Both the position numbers and the translations under genes were made by a program. Below are positions 1 to 8,450 of a stretch of DNA of 32,000 nucleotides, piece after piece; the stretch's first letter is position 1; each line of letters starts with the position of its first letter. The stretch covers positions 750,001 through 782,000 of the forward strand of contig NZ_CP026606.1 of NCBI RefSeq assembly GCF_002945325.1, in the 5' to 3' direction. Source of the stretch: Methanococcus maripaludis (GTDB lineage: Archaea > AGJL01 > Methanococci > Methanococcales > Methanococcaceae). Below the pieces are notes generated by a model, which did not search any database, was not told the DNA's origin, and worked only from the letters and a program-made list of their open reading frames with translations.

Positions 1-1
1 T

Positions 2-331
2 GAAAACGCTATGGAAGAAGCTAGACTCAGTGTTGATATTTACAAAAGCGCTGAAGAACAAATTCCTAAGATTATTAAGGAATTGAGGAAACTTTTACCC
101 ATTAAGTTTGAAAAAAGGGATGTTGCAGTCAAAATTCTTGGAGAATTCGCTGCAAATGCCTACCACACACTTCATGAATATGGCGCAACTAAACAGGAAG
201 AATGGTTGGGCGATGGTTCGCTTGTTCTTGTAATCGAAATTCCGAGTGGTATTGAAAACGAATTTTACATGCATTTGAACAAACTTACAAAAGGAACTGT
301 TCAAACTAAAGTACTTAAAAGATATGAATAA
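2..331 (+). CDS. SBDS/Sdo1-family ribosome maturation protein, C-terminal part (5' end lies outside the window)
   Basis: The frame is open from the window edge. The translated tail (KFEKRDVAVKILGEFAANAYH...GSLVLVIEIPSG) is recognised as SBDS C-terminal domains. It heads the conserved L37Ae-RpoP-Brix-Pcc1-prefoldin cluster. Confidence 0.75.
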   Translation, partial: ENAMEEARLSVDIYKSAEEQIPKIIKELRKLLPIKFEKRDVAVKILGEFAANAYHTLHEYGATKQEEWLGDGSLVLVIEIPSGIENEFYMHLNKLTKGTVQTKVLKRYE

Positions 332-360
332 TCAATTTACGGATAGAAACAGGTGAAATA

Positions 361-651
361 ATGGTAGAATTTAGCCACACTAAAAAAATTGGTTCAGCAG
401 GAAGATTTGGATCAAGATACGGTAGAAAAATCAGAGTAAGATTAAGAGACGTTGAAATCAAACAAAACAAAGATTACAAATGCCCTGTTTGTGCATTCCC
501 TAAATTAAAAAGAGCAGGAACCTCTATCTGGGTATGTGAAAAATGCGGTGCAAAAATCGCTGGTGGAGCATACACTCCTGAAACTGGTGCTGGTAAAGTT
601 GTTACAAAAGCAATCAGAAGAGTTATTGAAAGTAAAAGTAGAGAAATCTAA
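361..651 (+). CDS. rpl37ae: 50S ribosomal protein L37Ae (eL43)
   Basis: 96 aa. The basic N-terminus (GSAGRFGSRYGRKIR) and the CPVC...CEKC zinc ribbon are typical of eL43. An AGGTGA RBS lies just upstream. Confidence 0.95.
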   Translation: MVEFSHTKKIGSAGRFGSRYGRKIRVRLRDVEIKQNKDYKCPVCAFPKLKRAGTSIWVCEKCGAKIAGGAYTPETGAGKVVTKAIRRVIESKSREI

Positions 652-705
652 TTTAATTATTTTTAAACCATTTATTTTTCATTTTAAGCTTTTTTAGGTG
701 ATATT

Positions 706-846
706 ATGGCAGAGTACAGATGTTCCAACTGCGGAAAAATCGTAACTCTTGATGAAATAGGATTAAAAGCTAAATGCCCTCACTGTAGTAACAGAGTTTT
801 GATAAAATTAAGACCTAAAATAGTTAAAAAAGTTCAGGCAAGATAA
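706..846 (+). CDS. rpoP: DNA-directed RNA polymerase subunit P (Rpo12/RpoP)
   Basis: 46-aa ORF found by hand because it is below the ORF-track size cutoff: MAEYRCSNCGKIVTLDEIGLKAKCPHCSNRVLIKLRPKIVKKVQAR. It has a CxxC...CxxC zinc ribbon and an AGGTGA RBS 5 nt upstream. Its stop overlaps the next start (TAATG). Its position after L37Ae is the conserved one. Confidence 0.85.
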   Translation: MAEYRCSNCGKIVTLDEIGLKAKCPHCSNRVLIKLRPKIVKKVQAR

Positions 847-1340
847 TGATAATTACGACTTCCAGAAAACCTTCTCAAAGAACCAGAAGCCTTGTAAATG
901 ATTTAGCGAGGGTTTTTAATTTTAAAATATTAAACCGAGGAAAAATTCCTCTCTCCGAGCTAATCGAAAATAAGGACGATATGATAATTGTAGAAGAACT
1001 AAAAGGAAACCCTGGAAGGCTCAAAATATTTAATTTTGAAAATAATAAAATTCTTTCTATGAACTTATCCTTAAAACTTCAACGGGAAGTTTCAGGAAAA
1101 GCATTTAAAAATTCTGGAAAACTGGGTTCAAAGTTTGATAAAAATACTGAACATTTAAAAGAATTCTTCTTTGAATACTTATTCAAAAAATTGAGTAATT
1201 ATAAGGAAGAGAATTCTGAAGTTGTAATTACCTTTAAAACGGTTGATGAGTCCACATTTTACATTGAAGTTCACAAAGGCTCAGAAAATATGGGTCCGAG
1301 TTTGAAAATAAAAACTGTAAAAATACTCGATATTGAATAG
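846..1340 (+). CDS. Brix-domain (Imp4-like) ribosome biogenesis protein
   Basis: 164 aa. The N-terminus MIITTSRKPSQRTRSLVNDLARV is the typical archaeal Brix start. It is translationally coupled to rpoP and sits at the conserved superoperon position. Confidence 0.8.
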   Translation: MIITTSRKPSQRTRSLVNDLARVFNFKILNRGKIPLSELIENKDDMIIVEELKGNPGRLKIFNFENNKILSMNLSLKLQREVSGKAFKNSGKLGSKFDKNTEHLKEFFFEYLFKKLSNYKEENSEVVITFKTVDESTFYIEVHKGSENMGPSLKIKTVKILDIE

Positions 1341-1347
1341 TGTTATT

Positions 1348-1599
1348 ATGACATATCCCAAATTTACATTAAAATTGACTTTTGAAACTCCAAAAAAAGC
1401 CAGAATTATTTATGAATCTGTTTATCCAGAACATGTCGCATCGCAAGTTCGATCAAAGTGCAAAATGGACCTTTTTGAAAATTCAATTATTATTTCGTGC
1501 ATTTCTGACGAATTGAGTATCTTAAAAGCGTCTATTTATTCATATATTCGTTGGATAAAAGTTGCAGAAAGTATATATAAACTAACAGAAGATGAATAA
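1348..1599 (+). CDS. pcc1: KEOPS complex subunit Pcc1-like protein
   Basis: About 83 aa counted from the ATG at 1348 (the ORF track starts at a TTG at 1333). Size, sequence pattern (TFETPKKARIIYESVYPE) and position between Brix and prefoldin beta fit Pcc1. Confidence 0.6.
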   Translation: MTYPKFTLKLTFETPKKARIIYESVYPEHVASQVRSKCKMDLFENSIIISCISDELSILKASIYSYIRWIKVAESIYKLTEDE

Positions 1600-1656
1600 T
1601 AATTGGTAAATAAAATTAGTTTAAAAATAAATTAAACCTAAAAGAGGATTGAAATC

Positions 1657-1998
1657 ATGGAATTACCTGCAAACGTTCAAAATCAATTAATGCAATTCCA
1701 ACAACTCCAGCAGCAGTTACAAATGATAATGTACCAAAAACAGCAGTTTGAAACACAATTAAAGGAAATGGAAAAAGCTATTGAAGAAATGGAAAAATCT
1801 GATTCCGAAGAAGTATTTAAGATGGCTGGTGGAATCCTCGTTAAAAGAAACAAGGCTGAAGTAAAAGAAGAATTAAGTGAAAAGATAGAAACACTCCAGT
1901 TAAGAGTAACTACCTTTGAAAAACAAGAAGAAAAAATGCAGAAAAGATACACTGAATTACAAGAAAGCCTCCAAAAAGTAATGGGTCAGGGCCAATAA
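1657..1998 (+). CDS. pfdB: prefoldin beta subunit
   Basis: 113 aa. Coiled-coil halves flank a central hairpin ([17 protein letters not shown]). The Q-rich N-terminal helix is typical of archaeal PfdB. Confidence 0.9.
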   Translation: MELPANVQNQLMQFQQLQQQLQMIMYQKQQFETQLKEMEKAIEEMEKSDSEEVFKMAGGILVKRNKAEVKEELSEKIETLQLRVTTFEKQEEKMQKRYTELQESLQKVMGQGQ

Positions 1999-2035
1999 AT
2001 TAATTTTTTACTATACTCTTTTTTAAGGTCTGTTT

Positions 2036-3052
2036 ATGAAAAAAAAAATTGAAATATTGAAAGATTATCTAAAAAATGATGATATTATATTTCTATGTCA
2101 CCATAACGCAGATCCTGATGCAGTTGGTGCTGCAATCGGTTTAAAACAGCTTGCAAACAGCTTTTCTAAGAAAAAATCAAAAGAAAAAAATTTAAAAATA
2201 TCTGCAGATTCTGTAAGTAAACTTTCACGATCAATACTGAAAGAATTAAACGAAAAAATTGAAATTATAGAATATCCAAAATTACCAAAAACTGTTTTTT
2301 TAGTTGATACTTCTTCAATAAATCAGGTAACTGTAAATTCAGAAGAACTAACTAATTCAGATGTTATTTTAATAGATCATCACAAAAAAACCGATCTTAT
2401 AAATTTCTGCAAATTTTATATTGTTGATGAAAATTCAACTTCAACTTGTGAAATTGTAGCAAATTTATTCAGAGAAATGAAGATTTACCCTCCAAAAAAT
2501 ATCCGAATAGGGCTTTTATGCGGTATTTTGTATGATACAAAACATTTGAAAATTGCAAAAGAATCAACCTTTAATATAATCTCGTGGTTGATGAAAGATG
2601 TATCTTTTCAAAAAGTACTTTATCTTTTAAGCCAAGAAAGTGATCCAAGCAAAAGAATTGCACATTTAAAAGCTTGTAGCAGGATGGAATTAATGGAACT
2701 TGATAGCTACACTATTGCAATATCCCATGCAAGTTCTCATGAAGCTTCCTGTGCAAAAACAATCGTAAGTATTGGGGCAGACATTGCATTTGTTGTTGCT
2801 GCAAGAAAAAGGGATCGAGAAATTAGAATAAGTGTGCGCTCAAGAAAAGCAATTTCAAAAAAAATCCACATGGGGGCCCTTATGGAAAAAGTTGCAAAAA
2901 TTTTAGATGGGCAAGGTGGAGGGCATGCTGAAGCTGCTGGCTTAAATGCCCCTTGGAACAAAGAAAAAACTAAAGAAGAAGCAGTTGATTCTGTTCTTTC
3001 TGTCTGCATTAAGTCTCTTGAAGAAGAATTAAGTGGTGTAGAAAATGTCTGA
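2036..3052 (+). CDS. DHH/DHHA1-family phosphoesterase (NrnA/RecJ-like)
   Basis: 338 aa. Motifs CHHNADPDAVGAA, LVDTS, IDHHK and C-terminal GGGHAEAAG match the DHH and DHHA1 signatures. Confidence 0.85.
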   Translation: MKKKIEILKDYLKNDDIIFLCHHNADPDAVGAAIGLKQLANSFSKKKSKEKNLKISADSVSKLSRSILKELNEKIEIIEYPKLPKTVFLVDTSSINQVTVNSEELTNSDVILIDHHKKTDLINFCKFYIVDENSTSTCEIVANLFREMKIYPPKNIRIGLLCGILYDTKHLKIAKESTFNIISWLMKDVSFQKVLYLLSQESDPSKRIAHLKACSRMELMELDSYTIAISHASSHEASCAKTIVSIGADIAFVVAARKRDREIRISVRSRKAISKKIHMGALMEKVAKILDGQGGGHAEAAGLNAPWNKEKTKEEAVDSVLSVCIKSLEEELSGVENV

Positions 3053-3419
3053 AAAAAGCCTTGAAAAAAATGAAATTTTTGATTCATACTTTAAAAATTT
3101 AAGTGATCGGGAAAGAGCAGTTTTTGAAGGGGGTATTTCACTTGGAGCACTTTTCCACCAATTTGTTGGAACACCTGTTAGCGAAAAAACTAAAAAAAGT
3201 TTAGAAATTGCAATGTCTGAATCTTTGAAAAACCAGCCATTTATTGAAGATGTTTCTGTATCAATTGTTGGAATAATCGAAGATGGAAAATATGTTTCAT
3301 TAACTGGCGAAATGCTTGATGTATCCCTAACTGTAAAAACTGAGAAAAACCGTGCTCTTTTAAGATTAAAATACATTAAAGAACTCGATTATCCATTAAT
3401 GTACGTTGAAAAAATTTAA
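3045..3419 (+). CDS. mptD: putative archaeal dihydroneopterin aldolase (MptD-like)
   Basis: 124 aa. The block RERAVFEGGISLGALFHQFVGTPVS resembles the archaeal MptD family from memory. There is an 8-nt ATG/TGA overlap with the upstream DHH gene. Confidence 0.5.
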   Translation: MSEKSLEKNEIFDSYFKNLSDRERAVFEGGISLGALFHQFVGTPVSEKTKKSLEIAMSESLKNQPFIEDVSVSIVGIIEDGKYVSLTGEMLDVSLTVKTEKNRALLRLKYIKELDYPLMYVEKI

Positions 3420-3431
3420 AAGGTGAAACTC

Positions 3432-3701
3432 ATGAAAGTTGCAGTTCCAATGGATATGGACACAATTTCAGACGCTGATTCTGCAAAATATTTTTTAATA
3501 TTTAAAATTGAAGAAAAGGAAGTTGTTGATACAAAAACACTATTAACTCTTGAAGAAATGTTAAAAGAAAAACCAAATGCAATTATCGTAAACAAACGCG
3601 AAAAATTTAATGGAAAAATGGAAAATTATTTTTGTGAAAAAAACGATGTTGACGTTTGCATTTTGGAATTTATCGAAGGAAATTTAGAAAAAATTGAATA
3701 A
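3432..3701 (+). CDS. small hypothetical protein (weak NifX/NifB-like N-terminal pattern)
   Basis: The ATG at 3432 is preceded by a GGTGA RBS (the ORF track starts at a GTG at 3423). MKVAVPMD...KYFLIFKIEE loosely resembles the dinitrogenase-cofactor-like fold family but lacks its HFG motif. Confidence 0.45.
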   Translation: MKVAVPMDMDTISDADSAKYFLIFKIEEKEVVDTKTLLTLEEMLKEKPNAIIVNKREKFNGKMENYFCEKNDVDVCILEFIEGNLEKIE

Positions 3702-3710
3702 ATTTTATTT

Positions 3711-5501
3711 TTATTGATATCCTTTTAATTTTAATCCATAACCGTACTCCCAAGATTTAAAATCTTCTCCTGCAAGCATGTCGATTATTGATGGGTAATT
3801 ATCCGCTTCTTCATAGTACAGGTTATAATCACTTCCCAAAACATACCGGGTACCTTCTGCTCTTGGGGGCGTTATATAATTTATTCCTACTGTTTTTGAT
3901 AAAGAGTAAATATTTGTTGTTGGTTCTATTGAAGCATATTTCCTAACACGGAAATTATCGAAATAGATATCATAAGCATCTATCAAACTTCCTCCTGAAG
4001 TACCCAGTTCAAAATAAGTTCCGTATTTCTCAAGATTCTCTTCTGAAATCATCCAATCGGGTTCATTGTCAGATATATAATCTTCCAAGGTACAATATTT
4101 TGCCTGAATATCGTCATCTAAAACTTCCAATTTAATTGTATACCATTCATTTTCAAGAGGAGCATTGAAGAAATCTGTTCCAACGTATGTCCGAAGTACA
4201 TTATTATAATCAACAGGATATTCTTTGGAAAGTCCGAAGAAAATATCGAATACTTTCAAATCCCATATTAAATTGGATCCAGTAAGGGTAAATAATGCGC
4301 CATGTACGCTACTCATGTCAACTGAATAAAAAGCATCAGGGTGGGTTGTAGTTTCTGCCAAATATTCAGGGTCTGCAAAAAATCCAAGCATTGTATAAGG
4401 GCCAGGAGTGCTATCATGGAATGCAAAATAACCCATTGAATCAACTTCCACAATATACTCACTTAAACTTGTATTTTCTGTGGAGATCATTCTGGCAATG
4501 TCTGGTGCATCCTGACATGTTATAATATTTTCATTATAAAGACTGTTTGAATATATATTTGAATTGGAAATATACTCCCAATCCCCCCTGTAAACATTCC
4601 ATTTTGAATAGAGTGAATTACTATCCTCAAAATCATCAAACATTTCAAATACTCTATTACCATTGCTTTCTGAAATTTTTGGATATGTTGACAAGATATA
4701 TACTGACGTGTTTATATTCGCATCCAATATTGGAACTTTTAACCACAACACTGATGTTCGATCATTGTCATCGTCACTATAATCCCATACTTCAACCCAA
4801 TAAGGGATATAATTCCCATTTTCGTCATAAAATCTAAGACCTTCTCCAGTAGGTTCTATTGAATAATCAAAATTAGAGTCGTTAAAAACCACTTTTACCT
4901 GAAAATCATACAGTGTTTCTGCATTAGGATTAGATACGTTTATTACTCCGACATATGTAGGTTTTATGTAATGGTAAGCATCCAAAACCGTTTTTACAGT
5001 GGAATATTGAAATGAAGAAATATTTTCTTCTTTGATAACGCCTTTGTTTCCTTGGATTTTATAATACAAATCATAATCCAATTTAAAGGTGAACCCGTCA
5101 ACCATCGTAATATTTGTCATGCTAAAATTATAATCGATAGTATATCCTAAATTAGAATATTCTTCGCTTACATTTTCAAGATAATCCTTCACTATTATAT
5201 CTTCCGTCCCATTTTTTAAATACGCTAAAGTATAATTAGTAGACTCAAAAAAAGGGTCTCCTGAAGGGTTGTTATTATAATTGTCGATTACTTCCAGCTC
5301 TGCATCATTTAATACTCGGTTAAACACTGTTGGAAGAGAGCTTTCGATTATGTGTTCTAAGGAAGAAGATTTTAAGTCTATTGAAGACGCTTCCATTTCA
5401 GTTAAAACTTGATTTTTTTGCAAATCCAATGTATTATATGTTAAAGTGGCAGTCAGTAACAATAATAATACAAGAGTTGTAGTGCTTTGAGAAAGATACA
5501 T
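3711..5501 (-). CDS. large pilus-locus protein with DUF2341-like and LamG/concanavalin-like regions and an N-terminal hydrophobic segment
   Basis: 596 aa with a strong AAGGTGG RBS. N-terminus is MYLSQSTTTLVLLLLLTATL. The block LRFYDENGNYIPYWVEVWDY...VLWLKVP is DUF2341-like. FDDFEDSNSLYSKWNVYRGDWEY...FDNFRVRKY is LamG-like. It is a paralogue of the ORF at 6048-7733 and has many N-x-S/T sequons. Confidence 0.75.
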   Translation of the reverse strand: MYLSQSTTTLVLLLLLTATLTYNTLDLQKNQVLTEMEASSIDLKSSSLEHIIESSLPTVFNRVLNDAELEVIDNYNNNPSGDPFFESTNYTLAYLKNGTEDIIVKDYLENVSEEYSNLGYTIDYNFSMTNITMVDGFTFKLDYDLYYKIQGNKGVIKEENISSFQYSTVKTVLDAYHYIKPTYVGVINVSNPNAETLYDFQVKVVFNDSNFDYSIEPTGEGLRFYDENGNYIPYWVEVWDYSDDDNDRTSVLWLKVPILDANINTSVYILSTYPKISESNGNRVFEMFDDFEDSNSLYSKWNVYRGDWEYISNSNIYSNSLYNENIITCQDAPDIARMISTENTSLSEYIVEVDSMGYFAFHDSTPGPYTMLGFFADPEYLAETTTHPDAFYSVDMSSVHGALFTLTGSNLIWDLKVFDIFFGLSKEYPVDYNNVLRTYVGTDFFNAPLENEWYTIKLEVLDDDIQAKYCTLEDYISDNEPDWMISEENLEKYGTYFELGTSGGSLIDAYDIYFDNFRVRKYASIEPTTNIYSLSKTVGINYITPPRAEGTRYVLGSDYNLYYEEADNYPSIIDMLAGEDFKSWEYGYGLKLKGYQ

Positions 5502-5512
5502 AAATTACCACC

Positions 5513-6037
5513 TTAGTTACCATATACTTTTAAAGAAACTTCGACGGGTTTACTGTTATTAAAGTAATAAATTGCTTTTTTGTAATCTCCTGAAACACTT
5601 TGGTATGCTTGTGTTTCTGAGATTTCAGGGCCTTTTATAGTAATACTACCCCCTTCATCCCATGCTACCCCATACCATCCTTCAGACCTATTCATAATCA
5701 CAACGGAAGATACAATAACAATATTTTGATTAGATTTACTTCCTTTACTGAATACTACTTGATCATCCACAATAAAATCGTAGTTTTTAACATATAGCCT
5801 ATTTGATAAAATGGATTCTGCAGTAGAATCTTCATTATTATTCCACAATAGTAAGGCTGTTTCAACAGTTCCATCAGTGATTATCGCTTTTAACTGGTAA
5901 GATACCTTATCATGCAATATATCTGATTTTATAACATCCTGATATGCTCCGGAATGTTCCACCAGCGATGTCGTAAAAAACGCCATTCCAATTGTAAGTA
6001 TGACTATTGCAATGACCAAATCCATGTCAAATATCAT
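5513..6037 (-). CDS. pilus-locus protein with a pilin-like hydrophobic N-terminus but no recognisable class III cleavage site
   Basis: 174 aa with a GGTG RBS. MIFDMDLVIAIVILTIGMAFFTT is followed by a beta-rich-looking soluble part. It is tightly packed between the two DUF2341 genes. Confidence 0.65.
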   Translation of the reverse strand: MIFDMDLVIAIVILTIGMAFFTTSLVEHSGAYQDVIKSDILHDKVSYQLKAIITDGTVETALLLWNNNEDSTAESILSNRLYVKNYDFIVDDQVVFSKGSKSNQNIVIVSSVVIMNRSEGWYGVAWDEGGSITIKGPEISETQAYQSVSGDYKKAIYYFNNSKPVEVSLKVYGN

Positions 6038-6047
6038 TTAAAACACC

Positions 6048-7733
6048 TTAATTGTTCATACTAAGAATACATGACACATTATACTGCTTTAATTTTAAAA
6101 CATATATTGTAGATGCTTCATCGTAATTTAAAGTTAAATCTACATTTGTAGCGGGGTCGGTACTTAATAGTTTTACTTCATTTGGTTCATAGTACTCCCA
6201 AGCATGCGTTGAAATAACTTTTTCAAAGTCGGTTAGTTTGTCACTAGTACCAAGTGAAAGTTCGTAAGGCACACCATTTACCATAAATAAAGCTGTGGTT
6301 GTAGCACCTGCCTTTGCAGTTATATTTGATATCGTTGAGGGCCTTCTTGCCGCAAAATACAGTATTTCCCCGGAACTGATGTTTTCGGTTTCTGAATTAC
6401 TATTTGAATATCTCCAAGTTTTTACTGGAACATATAAATTTCTAGTCATTACATAGGTATCAGGAACTATTGTATAAGTATAATTTACATCAACCAAATT
6501 TACATTTGAAAAAGTGTAACTTGGAACCCCCTCAAAATGGTACTCTGTAACATCTACGGCATTTTGACCGGTATTGTAACTTAAAACTTCATAAACATCA
6601 ACCAGAACATTTTCAGCATATTTTCTAACTTTTATATTGTCAAACCAGAATTCTTCACTGTGACTACCCTGCCCGGTTCCGATAAGAATGTGTTTTCGAG
6701 TACTTGAATAACTTGTAATTTCACAGGTTGTATCGAGCATAGAATCTAAGTTATAATTCGGATTTGTGTCTCCCAAATAACCATTAAACAATACCCAAAG
6801 TGAGGCTTTGCAAATTTTATCCTCATCTCCACCAACATTTTTATCTTCTTGTTCTAAAATTAATTTTTCATAATACCACTGATTGTCTTTTGTAAATATA
6901 TTGGATAATACCGCGTTTGAATCTCCATTTTCACATATCGCAAAAACTTGATCATAACCATTAAATGAATTATAATAGTTATTACCTCCGTTATCAGAAT
7001 AAAATCCAAGCATAGTATCAGGGCTATCCGCACTTCCACCAGTAGCTCCCGTATGCCCCTTAACAAGCGCATCCAAAATGTAAATGTCCCCATCAACAAC
7101 AGATAATGGATCATCTGAAACTGCTCTTCTATACTCGATATCACTTGCTTGAAGGTGTGCTACATGATTGGTACCAGAACCTCCATTATAATAGGAAAGA
7201 TCTGAATCTGTTGAAATTTCCCAATCGCCTCTTACAATATTCCATTTGTCATTGAAGTTTCCATCCTCAAAATCATCAAAGAATATAAACGTGTCCTCTC
7301 CGTCACTTGAATATGACCCGCCCTGGTTTCTTTTTAACAATATAGGCGTTGTTATCTCGCCAGGAAGGCTGTCAACTTTCACCCAGACTCTTGCTTCGTC
7401 GTTATAGTCCCATGTTTCGATCCAGTAATGAAGTTGAGTGTTTCCTTGCCAAAAACTGAGCCCTGAACCATCTGAGGAATAATCAAAATTAAAATTTGAA
7501 GGATTTAACGTTACGAGCACCTGAAAATCTGTAAGATCCTGAGTTCCGGGATTTGTAATATTTATTTCATAGTACCACGATTCATTGTATAAAAATTCCT
7601 GATCCATAGAATATGGATCAAAAGTACCAGGAATTGTTTCTAAACCAGAATATCTTTCAGAAACAGCTTTTAAAAACCTCAAATAATCAGGAACATAAGA
7701 ATTCGAAGGAAATTCATGCATTTTAAATATCAT
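6048..7733 (-). CDS. large pilus-locus protein with DUF2341-like and LamG-like regions, no signal peptide as called
   Basis: 561 aa. Motifs LSFWQGNTQLHYWIETWDYNDEARVWVKVD and FDDFEDGNFNDKWNIVRGDWEIS...FDNIKVRKY parallel those of the 596-aa paralogue. There is no RBS before the ATG at 7733 and no N-terminal hydrophobic segment. See the frameshift finding. Confidence 0.75.
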   Translation of the reverse strand: MIFKMHEFPSNSYVPDYLRFLKAVSERYSGLETIPGTFDPYSMDQEFLYNESWYYEINITNPGTQDLTDFQVLVTLNPSNFNFDYSSDGSGLSFWQGNTQLHYWIETWDYNDEARVWVKVDSLPGEITTPILLKRNQGGSYSSDGEDTFIFFDDFEDGNFNDKWNIVRGDWEISTDSDLSYYNGGSGTNHVAHLQASDIEYRRAVSDDPLSVVDGDIYILDALVKGHTGATGGSADSPDTMLGFYSDNGGNNYYNSFNGYDQVFAICENGDSNAVLSNIFTKDNQWYYEKLILEQEDKNVGGDEDKICKASLWVLFNGYLGDTNPNYNLDSMLDTTCEITSYSSTRKHILIGTGQGSHSEEFWFDNIKVRKYAENVLVDVYEVLSYNTGQNAVDVTEYHFEGVPSYTFSNVNLVDVNYTYTIVPDTYVMTRNLYVPVKTWRYSNSNSETENISSGEILYFAARRPSTISNITAKAGATTTALFMVNGVPYELSLGTSDKLTDFEKVISTHAWEYYEPNEVKLLSTDPATNVDLTLNYDEASTIYVLKLKQYNVSCILSMNN

Positions 7734-7741
7734 GTCTGAAA

Positions 7742-7918
7742 TTAAATTGCTTTTTCAAATTGTTCCATATCTCTCTTTTGTTCCTGATTAGTAAGATTTA
7801 CGTGGGTAAATGTAAAATAACCCATGTAAAATACAGCTATAAATAAAATTACAACTGCTACAGCTTCATAAGTAAAGATGTATCCTTTTTTGGAAGTTAA
7901 TTTTGATTTTAAAGTCAT
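7742..7918 (-). CDS. small protein with class III (prepilin-type) signal peptide; possibly the detached N-terminus of the downstream DUF2341/LamG protein
   Basis: 58-aa ORF found by hand (below the track cutoff): MTLKSKLTSKKGYIFTYEAVAVVILFIAVFYMGYFTFTHVNLTNQEQKRDMEQFEKAI. Its leader KLTSKKG matches the leader KLTSTKKG of the pilin-like ORF at 8404-8859, and a hydrophobic helix follows. Confidence 0.6.
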   Translation of the reverse strand: MTLKSKLTSKKGYIFTYEAVAVVILFIAVFYMGYFTFTHVNLTNQEQKRDMEQFEKAI

Positions 7919-7919
7919 T

Positions 7920-8450
7920 TTATCCCTTTCTTCTCATCAAACATATCAAACATAAAATAAATACTAAAAAATTTACATCTGAGGATATTGGAAGTTTTAT
8001 TATCGAAACTTCATGTTCTGTGATCTTAAAATTTTCTAAAACATAATATGGGCTAGAATTTTCGGTTTTCCAGATATTTGATTCTATTTTGAGTTCATTA
8101 CTCCCATTTACCAGATAATTTGTAATATCGGTTTCGTTTTCTGATTTTTTATACGCGCCTGATCCAGTATTTGAAAGATCTTTTGAATATTCATGGATAT
8201 TGTGGCCATTTACAAAAATCTTAACATACATTCCTTCTTGAAGATTTCCATAGTGAACATAACTAAGTTTATAGGTATAATTCTCTACTTTATCGATATT
8301 AAATGTTTCAGTTTTAGATTTTTCATCCACATTTACCTTATAATAATCAGAATATGAATATACTGAGGAAATTAATAAAAAAATAGAAAATACGAAAAAA
8401 AGATTATTGAATAGATATTTGTAATTTTTTTGTAACATAAAAATCCCCAA
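7920..8450 (-). CDS. pilus-locus secreted/anchored protein (N-terminal signal anchor plus C-terminal TM with basic tail)
   Basis: 176 aa. N-terminal NLFFVFSIFLLISSVYS and C-terminal NFLVFILCLICLMRRKG. The start (8450 or the ATG at 8438) overlaps the 3' end of the upstream pilin-like gene out of frame. Confidence 0.65.
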   Translation of the reverse strand: MGIFMLQKNYKYLFNNLFFVFSIFLLISSVYSYSDYYKVNVDEKSKTETFNIDKVENYTYKLSYVHYGNLQEGMYVKIFVNGHNIHEYSKDLSNTGSGAYKKSENETDITNYLVNGSNELKIESNIWKTENSSPYYVLENFKITEHEVSIIKLPISSDVNFLVFILCLICLMRRKG

